This document shows positions 1 through 11,880 of a stretch of 64,000 nucleotides of DNA, piece after piece; within the stretch, counting starts at the first letter, position 1, and each line of letters starts with the position of its first letter. The stretch covers positions 21,328,001 through 21,392,000 of the forward strand of contig OZ287752.1 of NCBI GenBank assembly GCA_965649765.1, given 5' to 3'. Made by a program: the position numbers and the translations under genes. The DNA is from Bispira polyomma. Taxonomy: Eukaryota. The notes below the pieces were generated by a model. That model saw only the letters and a program-made list of their open reading frames with translations. It was not told the DNA's origin and ran no database searches.

Positions 1-424
1 ACATTCACCCTGTTCCGACTTCTGTCCCGAAAGATTGTTTCCATGAAGTAGTTGGGCCTATAATTGACATTGATAATTTGTCACTCACAGATTATACTAT
101 TACACAAACAATACTATTGCAACTCCTTTAATGGTACAAAGTATTAACTCTGATTCAGACAACTTTAATAATTATAGACATGTATCTTGTATATGAATAA
201 TAGTATAATAACAAATAGGTCATTGTCAACATTATATTTGATCTCAATATGTCTACATTAAATACATATATATGCCCTCATCTGCAAACAATTAAAAGAT
301 TCAATATTATGCTGGCTAAGTTTTGTCGCCATCACAAACCGTCAATTTCACTTGTCGGTATATTATCCACCATGGAGAAGGAAGGTGAGTGAGGGCCAAC
401 TGAACAGGCCAACATTAAGAGAGG

Positions 425-1215
425 CACAAACAGTCATCGGGTCAAAATTTAATCAGCAAACAGTCATAGAGGTCAAAATGAGTTCATCAGCAAACAGTCA
501 TGTGGGCAAAAGTAGTCAATCAGGGCAAGACAACACAGTCATAGAGGTCAAAAGTAGTTAATTAAGGCCAGACGCAAACAATCATAGAGGTCAAAAGTAG
601 TTACCCAGTAAACAGTCATGGGGGCATAGGAGTTAATCAGGGCCAGACGCAAACAGTCATAGAGGTCAAAAGTAGTTAATCAGCAAACAGTCATAGGGTG
701 AAAAGCAGTTATTCAGCAAACAGTCATAGGGTCAAAAGTAGTTACCCAATAAACAGTCATGGGGGCAAAGGAGTTAATCAGGGCCAGACGCAAACAGTCA
801 TAGAGGTCAAAAGTAGTTAATCAGCAAACAGTCACAGGGTGAAAAACAGTTATTCAGCAAACAGTCATGGGGGCAAAAGTAGTTAATCAGCAAACAGTCA
901 TGGGGGCAAAAGCAGTTGATTAGGGCCAGACACAAACAGTCATAGGGTGAAAAGCAGTTATTCAGCAAACAGTCATGGGGGCAAAAGTAGTTAATCAGGG
1001 CCAGCACAAACAGTCATAGAGGTCAAAAGTAGTTAATCAGCAAACAGTCATAGGGTCAAAAGTAGTTAATCAGCAAAAAGTCATAGGGTTAAAAGTAGTT
1101 AATCAGCAAAAGGTCATAGGGTCAAAAGTAGTTAAACCCCAAACAGTCATGGGGTCAAAGTAGTTAATTAGGGCCAGACACAAACAGTCATAGAGGTCAA
1201 AAGTAGTCAATCAGG
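425..1215. repeat. Minisatellite of mixed ~32-bp and ~42-bp units (AAACAGTCATAGRGGTCAAAAGTAGTTAATCAG[GGCCAGACR]C)
   Basis: More than 20 recurrences of AAACAGTCAT...AAAAGTAGTT are visible; ORFs 352-561 and 807-1007 are translations of the repeat. Confidence 0.95.
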
Positions 1216-1969
1216 CTTTAAACAAAATTGGTCAGTATTTTTTCATTTTTTTACATAAAGTTATGCATATTAAAAAATTTTATGTCAATAATATGTAAAC
1301 TATTGTATACCGAAAATATTTATGTCAATAATATGTAAACTATTGTATATGGAAAAATAAAATATATTATACACAAAATAAATAAAAAAATTGGCCATAA
1401 TTATCTCGCTTTATTGAGATAATATGTCGAAATTAAAAAAAAAATATATATATAAAAAGGTTGGCCTTCGTATAAAATAAAAAGGTTGGCCCTTTTAATC
1501 TTCCGTAGTTCTTGTGTTACACTAACTTTTAATAAATTTTGGATGCACGCAAGTGGACAGAATCATTGTGCCACAGATGCCATATATTATGAAATGATAA
1601 ATGATAATAAAAAAATGTCTCTTCTACTTATGGAATAACTTACTTCAATAATTAATTCAACCCTCGATGATTGGTAAATATTTCCAGATAACCTGGTAGT
1701 TTTAGGCTGTAGTGTTTAAATATCGATGTGACCCTTCAGCAGCCTGTTTTGGTTTATTATGCAAGTAAACTGTGACACCATTTACACTTCTTAAAAGTGA
1801 TAGCAAACTCGAACTAAATCTAAAATTTATATATAGAGACACTACCATTATTAGATTTGGTTCATCCTACATTTCTAAAATACTATTTTCTGGTTTTCTA
1901 TTTATATTCAAGTTAATGTTAAATAGACACAACTTAATAAACTTGCACTTTTCATGTAATATTATACAG

Positions 1970-2250
1970 ATATTCCAAGTAAAGATGTAGTATGTGACTC
2001 ACTGGAAGTAGACGCAATGGACGGAGATGACAGTGACACTGTGCTAGTAACGCTGACACGAAATTATCTGAATTTCACTGGTTACACTGATACCAGGGCC
2101 AATGTTACAGGTTCTCTTAGCAATGGGCAAAGTTTCAGCTGTGAGGGTAGCCCAAGTAGCTGTGAGTTTGTGATTAACACCAAAGACATTACTGATCTTA
2201 CCTTTAATGCGAGGGCCACAGGGAGGGGTTACGATGTTACATGTACTCAA

Positions 2251-2297
<47 letters not shown>

Positions 2298-2911
2298 ATT
2301 TTATACATATGTATATATATTGGAGATTTAGGGATGAAAATTTTTTTGGCAATCATATCAAGGAAAATGGGAAATCAAGTATCAGTCACCTAAAACTTAG
2401 GATGATGGCATAATATTTGTGATTAACCGAGATAATATTGTGGTGGTCTCTGTGGCCTAGCGGTTGGACTGTAGGACTTTAGATCTGAAAGGTCTGAGGT
2501 CCTGGTTTGATTCCAATGTACCAAGTTGGCCCTCTCTATACAGGTGTACAGATGGGTAGCTGGCCGCTAATTGGTTTTAGTCTTTGATGCGTCGAATGTG
2601 GCAGTACAGCTAGCATATTTCCTAAGGGAGCTGAGAGTGAACAATTGGTTGACAAGTAGAAGAACCCAGGCTGGGGTAATAATGTGTCAAAGCTCATTAG
2701 ATAACAGAAACGTTCACAAGTGCACTATATCAAATGATAATTATAATAGATTTATTATAAATAAGATGATTAAATTAAGATATTTTATCTGTCAAAAATA
2801 TATATTTTGATATTTTATTCAGATATCCCCATCTCAGGAATCGGCATCATGAAGGCAGCATGGCTGTTAACTAGCTTGATGTCAATGTTGGCAATATCTC
2901 TGTACATTTAA
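1970..2911 (+). CDS. Last two coding exons (1970-2251, 2823-2911) of a host cell-surface protein with a hydrophobic, GPI-signal-like C-terminus
   Basis: Acceptor TACAG|AT at 1970, donor G|GTAAAT after 2251 and acceptor TTCAG|AT at 2823 are all phase 1. The spliced product reads DIPSKDVVCDSLEVDAMDG...YDVTCTQ-DIPISGIGIMKAAWLLTSLMSMLAISLYI*, with Cys residues and N-glycosylation sequons (NFT, NVT). Confidence 0.75.
2256..2294. repeat. (TA)n microsatellite in intron
   Basis: Pure TA run directly after the splice donor. Confidence 0.95.
2441..2735 (+). mobile_element. tRNA-derived SINE (Deu/Nin-like core), degenerate
   Basis: A-box-like TGGCCTAGCGG, B-box-like GGTTTGATTCC, core-like CAGGTGTACAGATGGGTA and an L2-like tail (AAGTGCACTATATCAAAT). 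Confidence 0.7.
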
Positions 2912-4780
2912 AATCACAAAAGGTAAAAACTCAAAACTTTAATTTTTTTTCGTATAACGTTGAATTAGATAGTGGTACCAATATCAACAAAACTAAAGAA
3001 AAATTACATATTATTCACTATAACATTTATTCAATTTACCAATTACATTGGTCTCCGGTCTTACATGTGGATAATATTAACAGTTTAATTGATTATGTTT
3101 TCACTTTAATCATTTATAAAAAAAAAAAATTATAATTTATCATAACTTAGATACATGTAGTGGTGTCTATATCTATACAAACTCTCTTATATTATAAATA
3201 ATTACCAATTATTGCTCATATTAAATGTTATTCAATTTTTACATTTTAGAATAATCATACTAAATATGTTATTATGTAAATTATTTATATTTTCAGCAAG
3301 ATGGCCTCAGCTTACGAAGATACCAATTTCCTACATTGAATGTATAACAAAAACTCTTAATTAAATATGCTTTCATATATCATAAAGTATAGTTTTTGTA
3401 AGTTATCCTTGCATTCGGTACATATTTTGATATTTAAAATAGAAACGTAGACATTGACACGATACCTTTGGATGTTTGTATTAAAATTTGTATGTATAAC
3501 TTTTGTATATTTTCTGATACTCTTGTACAATTTGTTATTTTTTACTACCCAATACAATCATATTATATATAGCAGTGTATTTTGGCTTATGTGTTTATTT
3601 TATGTTCAAATTACTTTTCATTAAAGAGGTACTGATACCATATTAACAAATACAACTTTTGTAAATTAAAAATAATAAAATAATAAGATATAATGTTTTT
3701 ATGACATTTAAGTGTAAACAAATAATCAACTTGATATAATCTGCTGGACAGTATTCTATTCGATAATTTTGACTGTTCTCTTGTTTAACAACATGTCTAT
3801 GTGATAGTTGTATTAATGTTATGGTAACAATCAAAATACAGATGTTTATAATCGCTTCAGTCAATAAAATGACAGTTAGGTGTTACTATTTATGAATTTG
3901 TATTTCTGTTTTCAATAAAAAATCAAAGAAAAATGTCTTACTTTTAATACCTCTAAAATATGTACAAACAACTGTTTTGCACATTAAGCATGGTTTGAAC
4001 TCAATTGTCCTTTTAACACATTGGACAAAACAAAAAACCCGGGTTAAAAAAATATAAAATAATAAAAAAAACGTCCCTCTGATTTTTGCCACAACAAATG
4101 GAAGGGTATATGTGCATGCCTCAAGCTACATAATTTACAGCACTTCAATCTTTTAGGTGGAACACAGAGTCGTTACAATATATATTTTTCTCAGATAAAT
4201 GTCCCAGTCAATGTAGTGTGGCGTTCACACCCTTGCATTCTATAGAAAAAATCTAACATCTGGTTATACACTGGGAAGATTGGCAAATACAGGAGGCAGA
4301 GCCGGAAAATTTGAACATGTCAATAGAATTTGGTTATTGGATTTTAACATTACATCAAATGACCCCACTATTTCTATTTGAAAATTTCGACGTGGCTTAA
4401 ATTTTCAAAGTTTACCATTTTTTATAAAAAAGTATTTGAATATTGTTATTGTGTAACAAATATACATAGCAATTACAATACTATAAGACAATACAAAGAC
4501 ACAATAGAAAAATACATTCAAGCAATAACAAAAAAATTTCTCTTGATTGTGATATTTCCTGATGAAGCTGATAAACCAAATTAAAATTTCTTTCAAAAAC
4601 TGTACATCAGAATAATTGAATAATTTAGTAAAAATATTAATGTAGTCACTGTCTAAAATATTTTTATTTTTGTCTGTTTTAATAGGAGAAGCACCAATAC
4701 AAGTATGTTTTATAGAAGGTAGAGTAAAAGTACTTTAGTAACTTATTTTGTTTATATTGCTTAACATAAAAGTGAAGCAG

Positions 4781-4947
4781 ATTTATATGACGATTGCCAC
4801 CCTTCAAGGGAGTTCAGTATCAAGCGTTATTACATCAATAAAGAATTATGGGGTGATTCATACATTATTGCACAATGTGTTATGGGTGTAAAGTCTTCTC
4901 AGTGTCAGTCAAATTACACACTTGAGTGGAAGATTAATCTGGCCTTT
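4781..4947 (+). other. Possible isolated exon (YMTIATLQGEFSIK...CVMG...WKINLAF)
   Basis: Open frame bounded by GCAG| and |GTGAGT in AT-rich surroundings; no family recognised. Confidence 0.3.
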
Positions 4948-5439
4948 GTGAGTTGTTGAAGTGGAAGTCTAGGTATAAAAACTGAGCACGGTCGTCAAAA
5001 CAAGTTATATTTAGTAGAAAAGTACAGGTGAAACACTATTATTTGTACCAATCATGTTTCAGACTAAAGTATTGACTGCCTTATGGAAATCCCCCAAAAG
5101 ACAGTGTAAACATATTTTTTAGTTAACTGTAACGTGGGCATTTTAACTATAATGTGACTATATTTTTATACAGTAAACCTACAAAAGAATTTTGCTCATT
5201 TGTTTTATAAATTGATTTAACTTTTAAGTAACATCTTTAGTACTGAGCTGGAAGTTTTCTTTAAGATATTGTATATAAATATTGAAAAATAAAATTAGAA
5301 ATATATTTATCAAAGTAGAAACTAAAGCAACTTGTAAAGTGTTTTAGAAAAACTTGATGCGAGTTAAAATCATAATTTTCTCTGGGCATATCACTGTTAC
5401 TGTGTCCTCATTTAGTATCATTTAATTCTCTCAGATATC

Positions 5440-5655
5440 AGGGGTTCGGTGTTGTAGTGGTTAACACAATCGTCTCCCAGCTCTGAGGTTGTGGGTTTGA
5501 ATCTTGACCGCGGTTTTAGTAGAGATTTATTCACTGATACCCAGTGGTTTACAGCGCAGAATTTTGACCAACTAGCATGGACCACTTTCCCCATCAGTAA
5601 AACTGTCCATCGTGACATGACCTAAACAATGTGTCCAAAGCAACGTTAAAGACCT
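5440..5655 (+). mobile_element. tRNA-derived SINE (Meta-SINE-like)
   Basis: GTGTTGTAGTGG A box, GGTTTGAATC B box and a 3' block TTTCCCCATCAGTAAAACTGTCC...GCAACGTTAAA resembling the Meta domain; related to the SINEs at 8.8-9.7 kb and 57.6 kb. Confidence 0.7.
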
Positions 5656-6084
5656 GATATCTGTTTAAAATGTTTTGCTTGTTATTTTTGGTTTCGACTT
5701 TACTCCTGATATTGTTGACCTACAGATAACTAATGGCTCCAATTTGTGAGGGTTTTTAGGATCTTGAGTTGTGGATACAAATTTCACAAAAGCATAATCT
5801 AATATAATAGCTTCAGTACTTGTTACTACATACAAAGTGATAAAAGTTTGTCCGCCACGATATCTTGCCTGATTGATGTCTTTCAGCAAAAATGAAAAAT
5901 GTTCAGTAATTTGTCTGGCTTTTGATTGTAATATGACAGCAAGAGATTTGTTTGTGTGAATAATGATTTATTAAAACTTGGTATTTAATTGGGGTTAGAA
6001 AACTAGTTTTTTAGACATTTTAACCAAGCAAATGTTTTTGACTTTATGTTAGTAGTGCATTAATATGACCTGACCTTAATTTTA

Positions 6085-6480
6085 TTATGCCAAAACTTAG
6101 GCTAAATCCAGTCTTAAATCTAAGATTTTTGGCACAGCTTAGTCTTAGGGCTTAAATGGTATTCACAAAAGGAGGTTTAGCTAAGACTATGTAAAGACAA
6201 AAGTCTCAACTTTATATTGCTTTGTTTACACAATAAATAGACATATAATATACACAATATTATTTACATTTTTACACACACCAATATATTATATAATTAT
6301 GTAGGCCTATACAAATAAAACAAATATTATCACCAGTCTTAAAATTTAGCTCTTGTCTAAGCTCAAACTTAAACTTTGCTGTTTTGCAAATACCGCTAAG
6401 TCTAAGGCCAAAAAATTATGACAAACGCCTTAACTATAAGCCTAAGTCCAGGCTAAGCCCTTTCGTGAATATATGGCCAG
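6085..6480. mobile_element. Degenerate non-autonomous Harbinger-type MITE
   Basis: Internal inverted TTAGTCTTAGG/CCTAAGTC-type repeats; right end GTGAATATATGGCC followed by AG. Confidence 0.45.
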
Positions 6481-8794
6481 TGGTATATACTGAAGACTTG
6501 TCATTATTAATCAATATTGACACAGTGTATTTAAAAAGGTTTTTTCTTGGCACTAAATCAATACAAAGGTAGTGTCAGCTACAAAGGGTCAACAGGGTTA
6601 TATTTGGGTTTTATATCTTCATAAAATGTCTTTGTCTGTATGAAGAATATTGTGTTTGTTTATTGTAATACTGTATAATGTAACAATAACATACAAATAG
6701 TGAGTTATGCTGTATTGATTTTGATCAGAGTAGAAGTACTTTTTTATATGTAGTTTAAAATGGCCATAATGATCCATCATGAATTATAACTGATAGACAA
6801 GGCAACACTAAACTACCTAAAAAACTAAACTATTAATGTGATATAATATATTTATAATGTTAACATTTCCACCACCAAGTATTTTTAACTAGGGTGTATT
6901 ATTTCAATTATCTAATATTCCAATGAGGAAGTTTGAAAAATGGTAAAATATATCAACAACATGATCATAATGTCAAGTGGTTCTACTCGTGTATAGATTG
7001 CATAAATAAAATGAAGTAATAAACATATGCCACACACAAAGAAGAGGGAAGTAAGTCCTTAATGCCATTTAAATATTATATCATATAAACTAGCTAAACA
7101 TATTTGCTCAGAAAGACCTAGCAAGCTGAATGGGTTTATCTGGTCAATATTATTTTTTATCACTTTGGCAAGTTTAAAATCATTGTAACTTTTAATGTAT
7201 CAATAACCCCGTTGTCAAACATGTAACATATATGGCATAAGTCTACTTAATATAAGTTGTATTTGCGTTTTACAAAATAAATTTTTGCTGATTTTTTATG
7301 TGCCTTTTTGATGTGCCTTTTTGCAATAAAATTTGACATCCTTCAAGCAGTGTCAAACAATTTTAATTATACGACTATAAATGCTTCATGGGTTTTTATT
7401 GGTCTCAGTAATATCTTAATTGTAAACATGGGAATTTTGATGATTTCACACACGTCGATTGAAATGTATACCAACTTTAGAAAGAAAATACAAAAAAAAA
7501 ATACTACTTATTCATTATAAATATGTCATGAATTGCCTTATGCCTGATTAACCTATTTCAAAATAAGTGCCTCACAACAACTATATTATTATCAATAGGG
7601 AAAATGTCCACAGAACTAGGTCAGTCAATAATCACGAGACTTCACTTTAACACAAATCCATTGTACTTAGTAATACAGTACTGACATCTAGTGTCTAAAT
7701 TGTATAATTTCCCTCCATTGTGACAAATGTTTCCTTTTTTTTGCTTTGTCAAAAAAACCTAACCCATTTCAATGAGAGAATTTCACTTCTTTGTATAATA
7801 TCTTGGCTGAATTTTCAACATCAGTTATTGCAATGGACTTTAAGAACACATACATTATCAAAAGACTTATAAAGTGTGGTCTTTTGTGTGGCAATATGGT
7901 AACTTTATATACACTTAAATTAAGCATTAGTATTGTCTAAAATTGGAATTAGATGCTTCAAATATTTGATAATCTCATTTGCCCTTTGACGTTATGAAAT
8001 AATTTTTTCCATAGAAACAAAAATTCATTAAAGGCCCTAATATTTTAACATAAAGGTTGCAAATAGGGATGAGTCATCATAATATTCTTAGTAAAAAAAA
8101 ACACCTGAAATACACGGTACAGAAGTGTACTTGACTTATAATTAAGTAGGGTGGATGTTTACAAAGGCAGTAGTGTAAATACACATGCTCAATTCAGTGT
8201 AAACAACTGAGCTCAATAGAAACTAAATATAGGCCTGCACAAGTAGAATATTTACACCAATCATATTTATGATTCAGTACATTGATTGACTGGGGAAAGT
8301 ACAGGTAAATCTGTTGTCTTTAATTGAGCAAAAAAGTATACTGCATTTATTTTCCTTGTCAGATTGATACTAAATCTTAGTCACCACTTCAATTCGAGGT
8401 ATAGCATATTTACAAATACGGGATTATTTATTTATATTATATTTATATATCCTGTATATATACGAATACACCCTATTCAATTCAACTTATGACATATTTT
8501 GCAATATGAGAATATTTCTTTATGTTATATTTATTTAGCAATATGGCACTATTTAGCAACATATTTAGCTACATTATATACACAATAACCTGAGTCACTT
8601 CAAACCTGAGGGAAAACATAGAAACTATTTAAAAAAACTGTCTCACTCCAATATTTCATCAAATCTGAAGGAAAACATTGTAGCAACTAGTTAAAAAGAC
8701 AGGTTGTATGTGATTTAAATTTACAAATTGTCAGTTTGCTAATGTTATATTTATGATATTATTATAATATAATTGTATAACTATAAACAGAGTT

Positions 8795-9700
8795 AACATG
8801 TGGTGTAGTGGTACCACACTCATCTCCCACCTATCCAGTCGTAGGTTCCAATATCAGCCCTGGGCCTGTATTCACTAAAGTTCTTATATTTAGAATAAGA
8901 ATTTTTGATATTCACTAAAGTTCTTATACTTAAAATTTTTGCTTATTCTTAGAAAGCTTTAATTCTAAGAATGGTCAAGACCTTACTTAAGTTAAGAAAA
9001 AGACATAGGGCTGTATCCACTAAAGTTGTTATATTTACAATAAGAATCATTCTTATACTTAGAAAAAGAATCATTCTTATACTTAGAATAAGAATCAATC
9101 TTATACTTAGAAAATTTTCTATTCTAGTATATTATTATACTTAGAATAAGAATTTTCTTAGCTAAGAGTTGCACAAAAGATTGCCCTGTCTTTTTCTTAA
9201 CTTAAGTAAAAATTCTAAGTATAAGAATTTTTATAAGAATAATTCTAAGTATAAGAGTTTTTCTAAGAATAATCCTAAGTATAAGAATTATTCCAAGTAT
9301 AAGAACTTCAGTAGATACCCAAAATTTTTATTCTAATTATAAGAACTTTAGTGAATACGGCCCCTGACACTCTTATGTATTGCTTTTCACAATTCTTAGT
9401 TAAGAAAATTCTTATTCTAAGAATAAGAAAAACAAAATTCTTAGAATAGTAAATTTTCTAAGTATAAGAATGTTTCTTATTCTAAGTATAAGAATAATTC
9501 TTATTCTAAGTATAAGAATTATTCTAAGTATAGGAACTTTTGTGAATACGGGCCCTGGAGTGAATGTGGGAAAGTTGAAGGCCAGTGGTTTTTAGACTTA
9601 AAAGCATTGAATATCTACCCTCTGATTTCCTACACCAGTAAGCTGCACTTTGTGACATGACACAAGGCATGTTGAAAGTAACATACACACTAAAACAACT
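8795..9700 (+). mobile_element. Meta-like SINE split by a MITE (SINE parts about 8795-8862 and 9555-9700)
   Basis: The tRNA head (TGGTGTAGTGG ... GGTTCCAAT) resumes after the MITE as GAGTGAATGTGGGAAAG...TTTCCTACACCAGTAAGCTG...GTTGAAAGT. Confidence 0.7.
8863..9554. mobile_element. PIF/Harbinger-type MITE with palindromic repetitive interior
   Basis: TIRs GGCCTGTATTCAC (8863) and GTGAATACGGGCC (9542-9554); 3-bp CTG TSD (8860-8862, 9555-9557); interior made of TTCTTATACTTAGAATAAGAA repeats in both orientations. Confidence 0.85.
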
Positions 9701-11880
9701 AAACTCTGAACAGACGTACAATGTTCTCATAAATTAATCCAGAAAGCTAGACAATATGCATTCATTTGCTATTCATTTTTCTAACATAGAATCACAATGT
9801 ACCCAATCATAACTACCATGTTTTACGAAGCAAGGGTTTACTATACCAACTACAATTTTTGTAGAACAAAGTATATGTGACAACACAATTAGAAGTAGTT
9901 TATTATCATAATTCATCAACTACCTTAACTCTTCTTGGTTATTTGATTACCACACCTTGTTATAAAATGTGCCCATCTCCCTTGTCCAACTAACAGCACA
10001 ATATTGACTTTGGATCTAAAAATGTTCATTATACGACATAATTTTAGTTTGTGGAGCATACCTCTGCTTCAATGCCAGTTTTATTCATAAAATTTTAAAT
10101 GAAAAAATGCATCTGTGTTGTAACAATATGGGTTTTATGTGCTTCTACCCTTATCCCAGCATGTTAAAATGATTATTTACTGTGCCATTTACTTTTAAAT
10201 GTTATTTGTACAGGTATTTTGTATATGTTGTTATTGTGCATAAATAATTTGTACACAATATGTCTACAAACCTTTCCAAGACCATCCCTCTCTCAGTTCT
10301 GTGAACTGTAAGTATATACAATAACATAAAAATTAAAACTAATGAAAATCACGTTTGTCCTTTGATCTATGTGTTTCATACACTTAAGACTTCAGTTGAA
10401 CACAACAAATGTAATAATTTCAATAATTGTCAGCAACTTAAATATACAGCTGTATATATAAAGCTTCTAAATAGCTTTCCAATATAATAACTTGATATAG
10501 TTGTGTTTGTTGCTGAATAATCAGTTCCAAGCTAAATCTGATCAAGATATAATCAAGAATGCAAAGTAGTGGAAGGTGAGGCATTTGTCTGAAAGAGTGG
10601 TACGTATATGCGGATCCAATTACAGGGTATGTGATGTAAATTTGATCTGTTACAGATATTTCATTCTGTACATGTTATTTAATAAATATAAATTCTTAAT
10701 TGTCAAATTTCTTAACACAGGATATCAACATTATCCCCTGATACTAGAAATGTTTAAATGAACCCTAGCTCAAAAAAGAGAAGAAGTAATATTGGAAACA
10801 AATGCAGAGAAAATAACAACTGCCTGTGATGTATTACCAAAAGCATAGATAATTTTTAACTGATTTATCACCCCAGAAATCCTCAATGCCAACAGGCGGA
10901 AAAGGTTCCTTAAAAAATATGACTTCATATAAAATCCAGGATAGACAGATCACATTATAGAGATGCTGTCAACCACTATAATAGGCTCCTGTCAAAAGCT
11001 AAACAAATATCATTATGATTCTCTTAGCTCCAAAAACAGCATCTAACTCCAGGAAATTATGACAATCTGTTAATAAGATCCTCCATAAAGTTACAGATCC
11101 TGTTTTACCAGACTGTAACAGCCTTATTAAAGTAATAATATGTTTTCCGAGAAGACTGATAAAAGAAGTATTGCTTTTAAACCAACCACCTTTCTCAGCA
11201 TCCCAACTCCAACACACGAACTATCTACCTAAAATAAGTTCAGAATGGAGATGAAGTCCTCAAAATCATAGATATAGATATTCTACTAACCCCAATCACA
11301 AACGTACCAAAATACTCACTTCAAAAGGTTTGCTTTCCACTGTCTTTCAGAACTGTTAATCTTCCAAACTTAGACAAAAAACACCTTAAAAATTATAGAC
11401 AAGTATAAAATTTAAGTTTCGTCTCTGAGCTGATCAAGAAAGCTGTTACACTTCAAATCAATTAACACTTGTCCGTCAACCATATGGGAAACACACACCA
11501 ATCCAGAAAATTCCATTCAACTGAGACAGTACTACTGAAAATTAGCATGGTCTTGGATTAAAATGGTGTATTTGCCCTAATCCTTCTTGACTTGTCTGCT
11601 GTGTTCGACACAATTGATCACAAGATACTCTCTAAATGTTTTAATTCTTGGTTTGGTCTATTAGACTCCGTTCTTCAATGGATTGAATCTTATCTAGACT
11701 GCGGCAAGCAAATCATCAGGGTCAGTGGAGTCAAGTGATTTAGTTTTGATCTCCTGTTTAGGTCCCACAGGTCTCTGTCCTTGGGCCCCTTCTGTTTTCA
11801 CTGTACACAACTCAATTTGGAAAAGTAATATCCTCGCACCACGATATCAGCTATCACTTTTATGCAGACAATACACAAAT

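Noticed and set aside
425-1215. CRISPR-like array or coding repeat
   Set aside because: Units abut without unique spacers, the context is eukaryotic and there are no cas genes; the ORFs are repeat translations.
4555-4600. Hammerhead ribozyme at CTGATGA (also 28292, 40901, 42816)
   Set aside because: No stem II plus GAAA core and no flanking helices could be built by eye.
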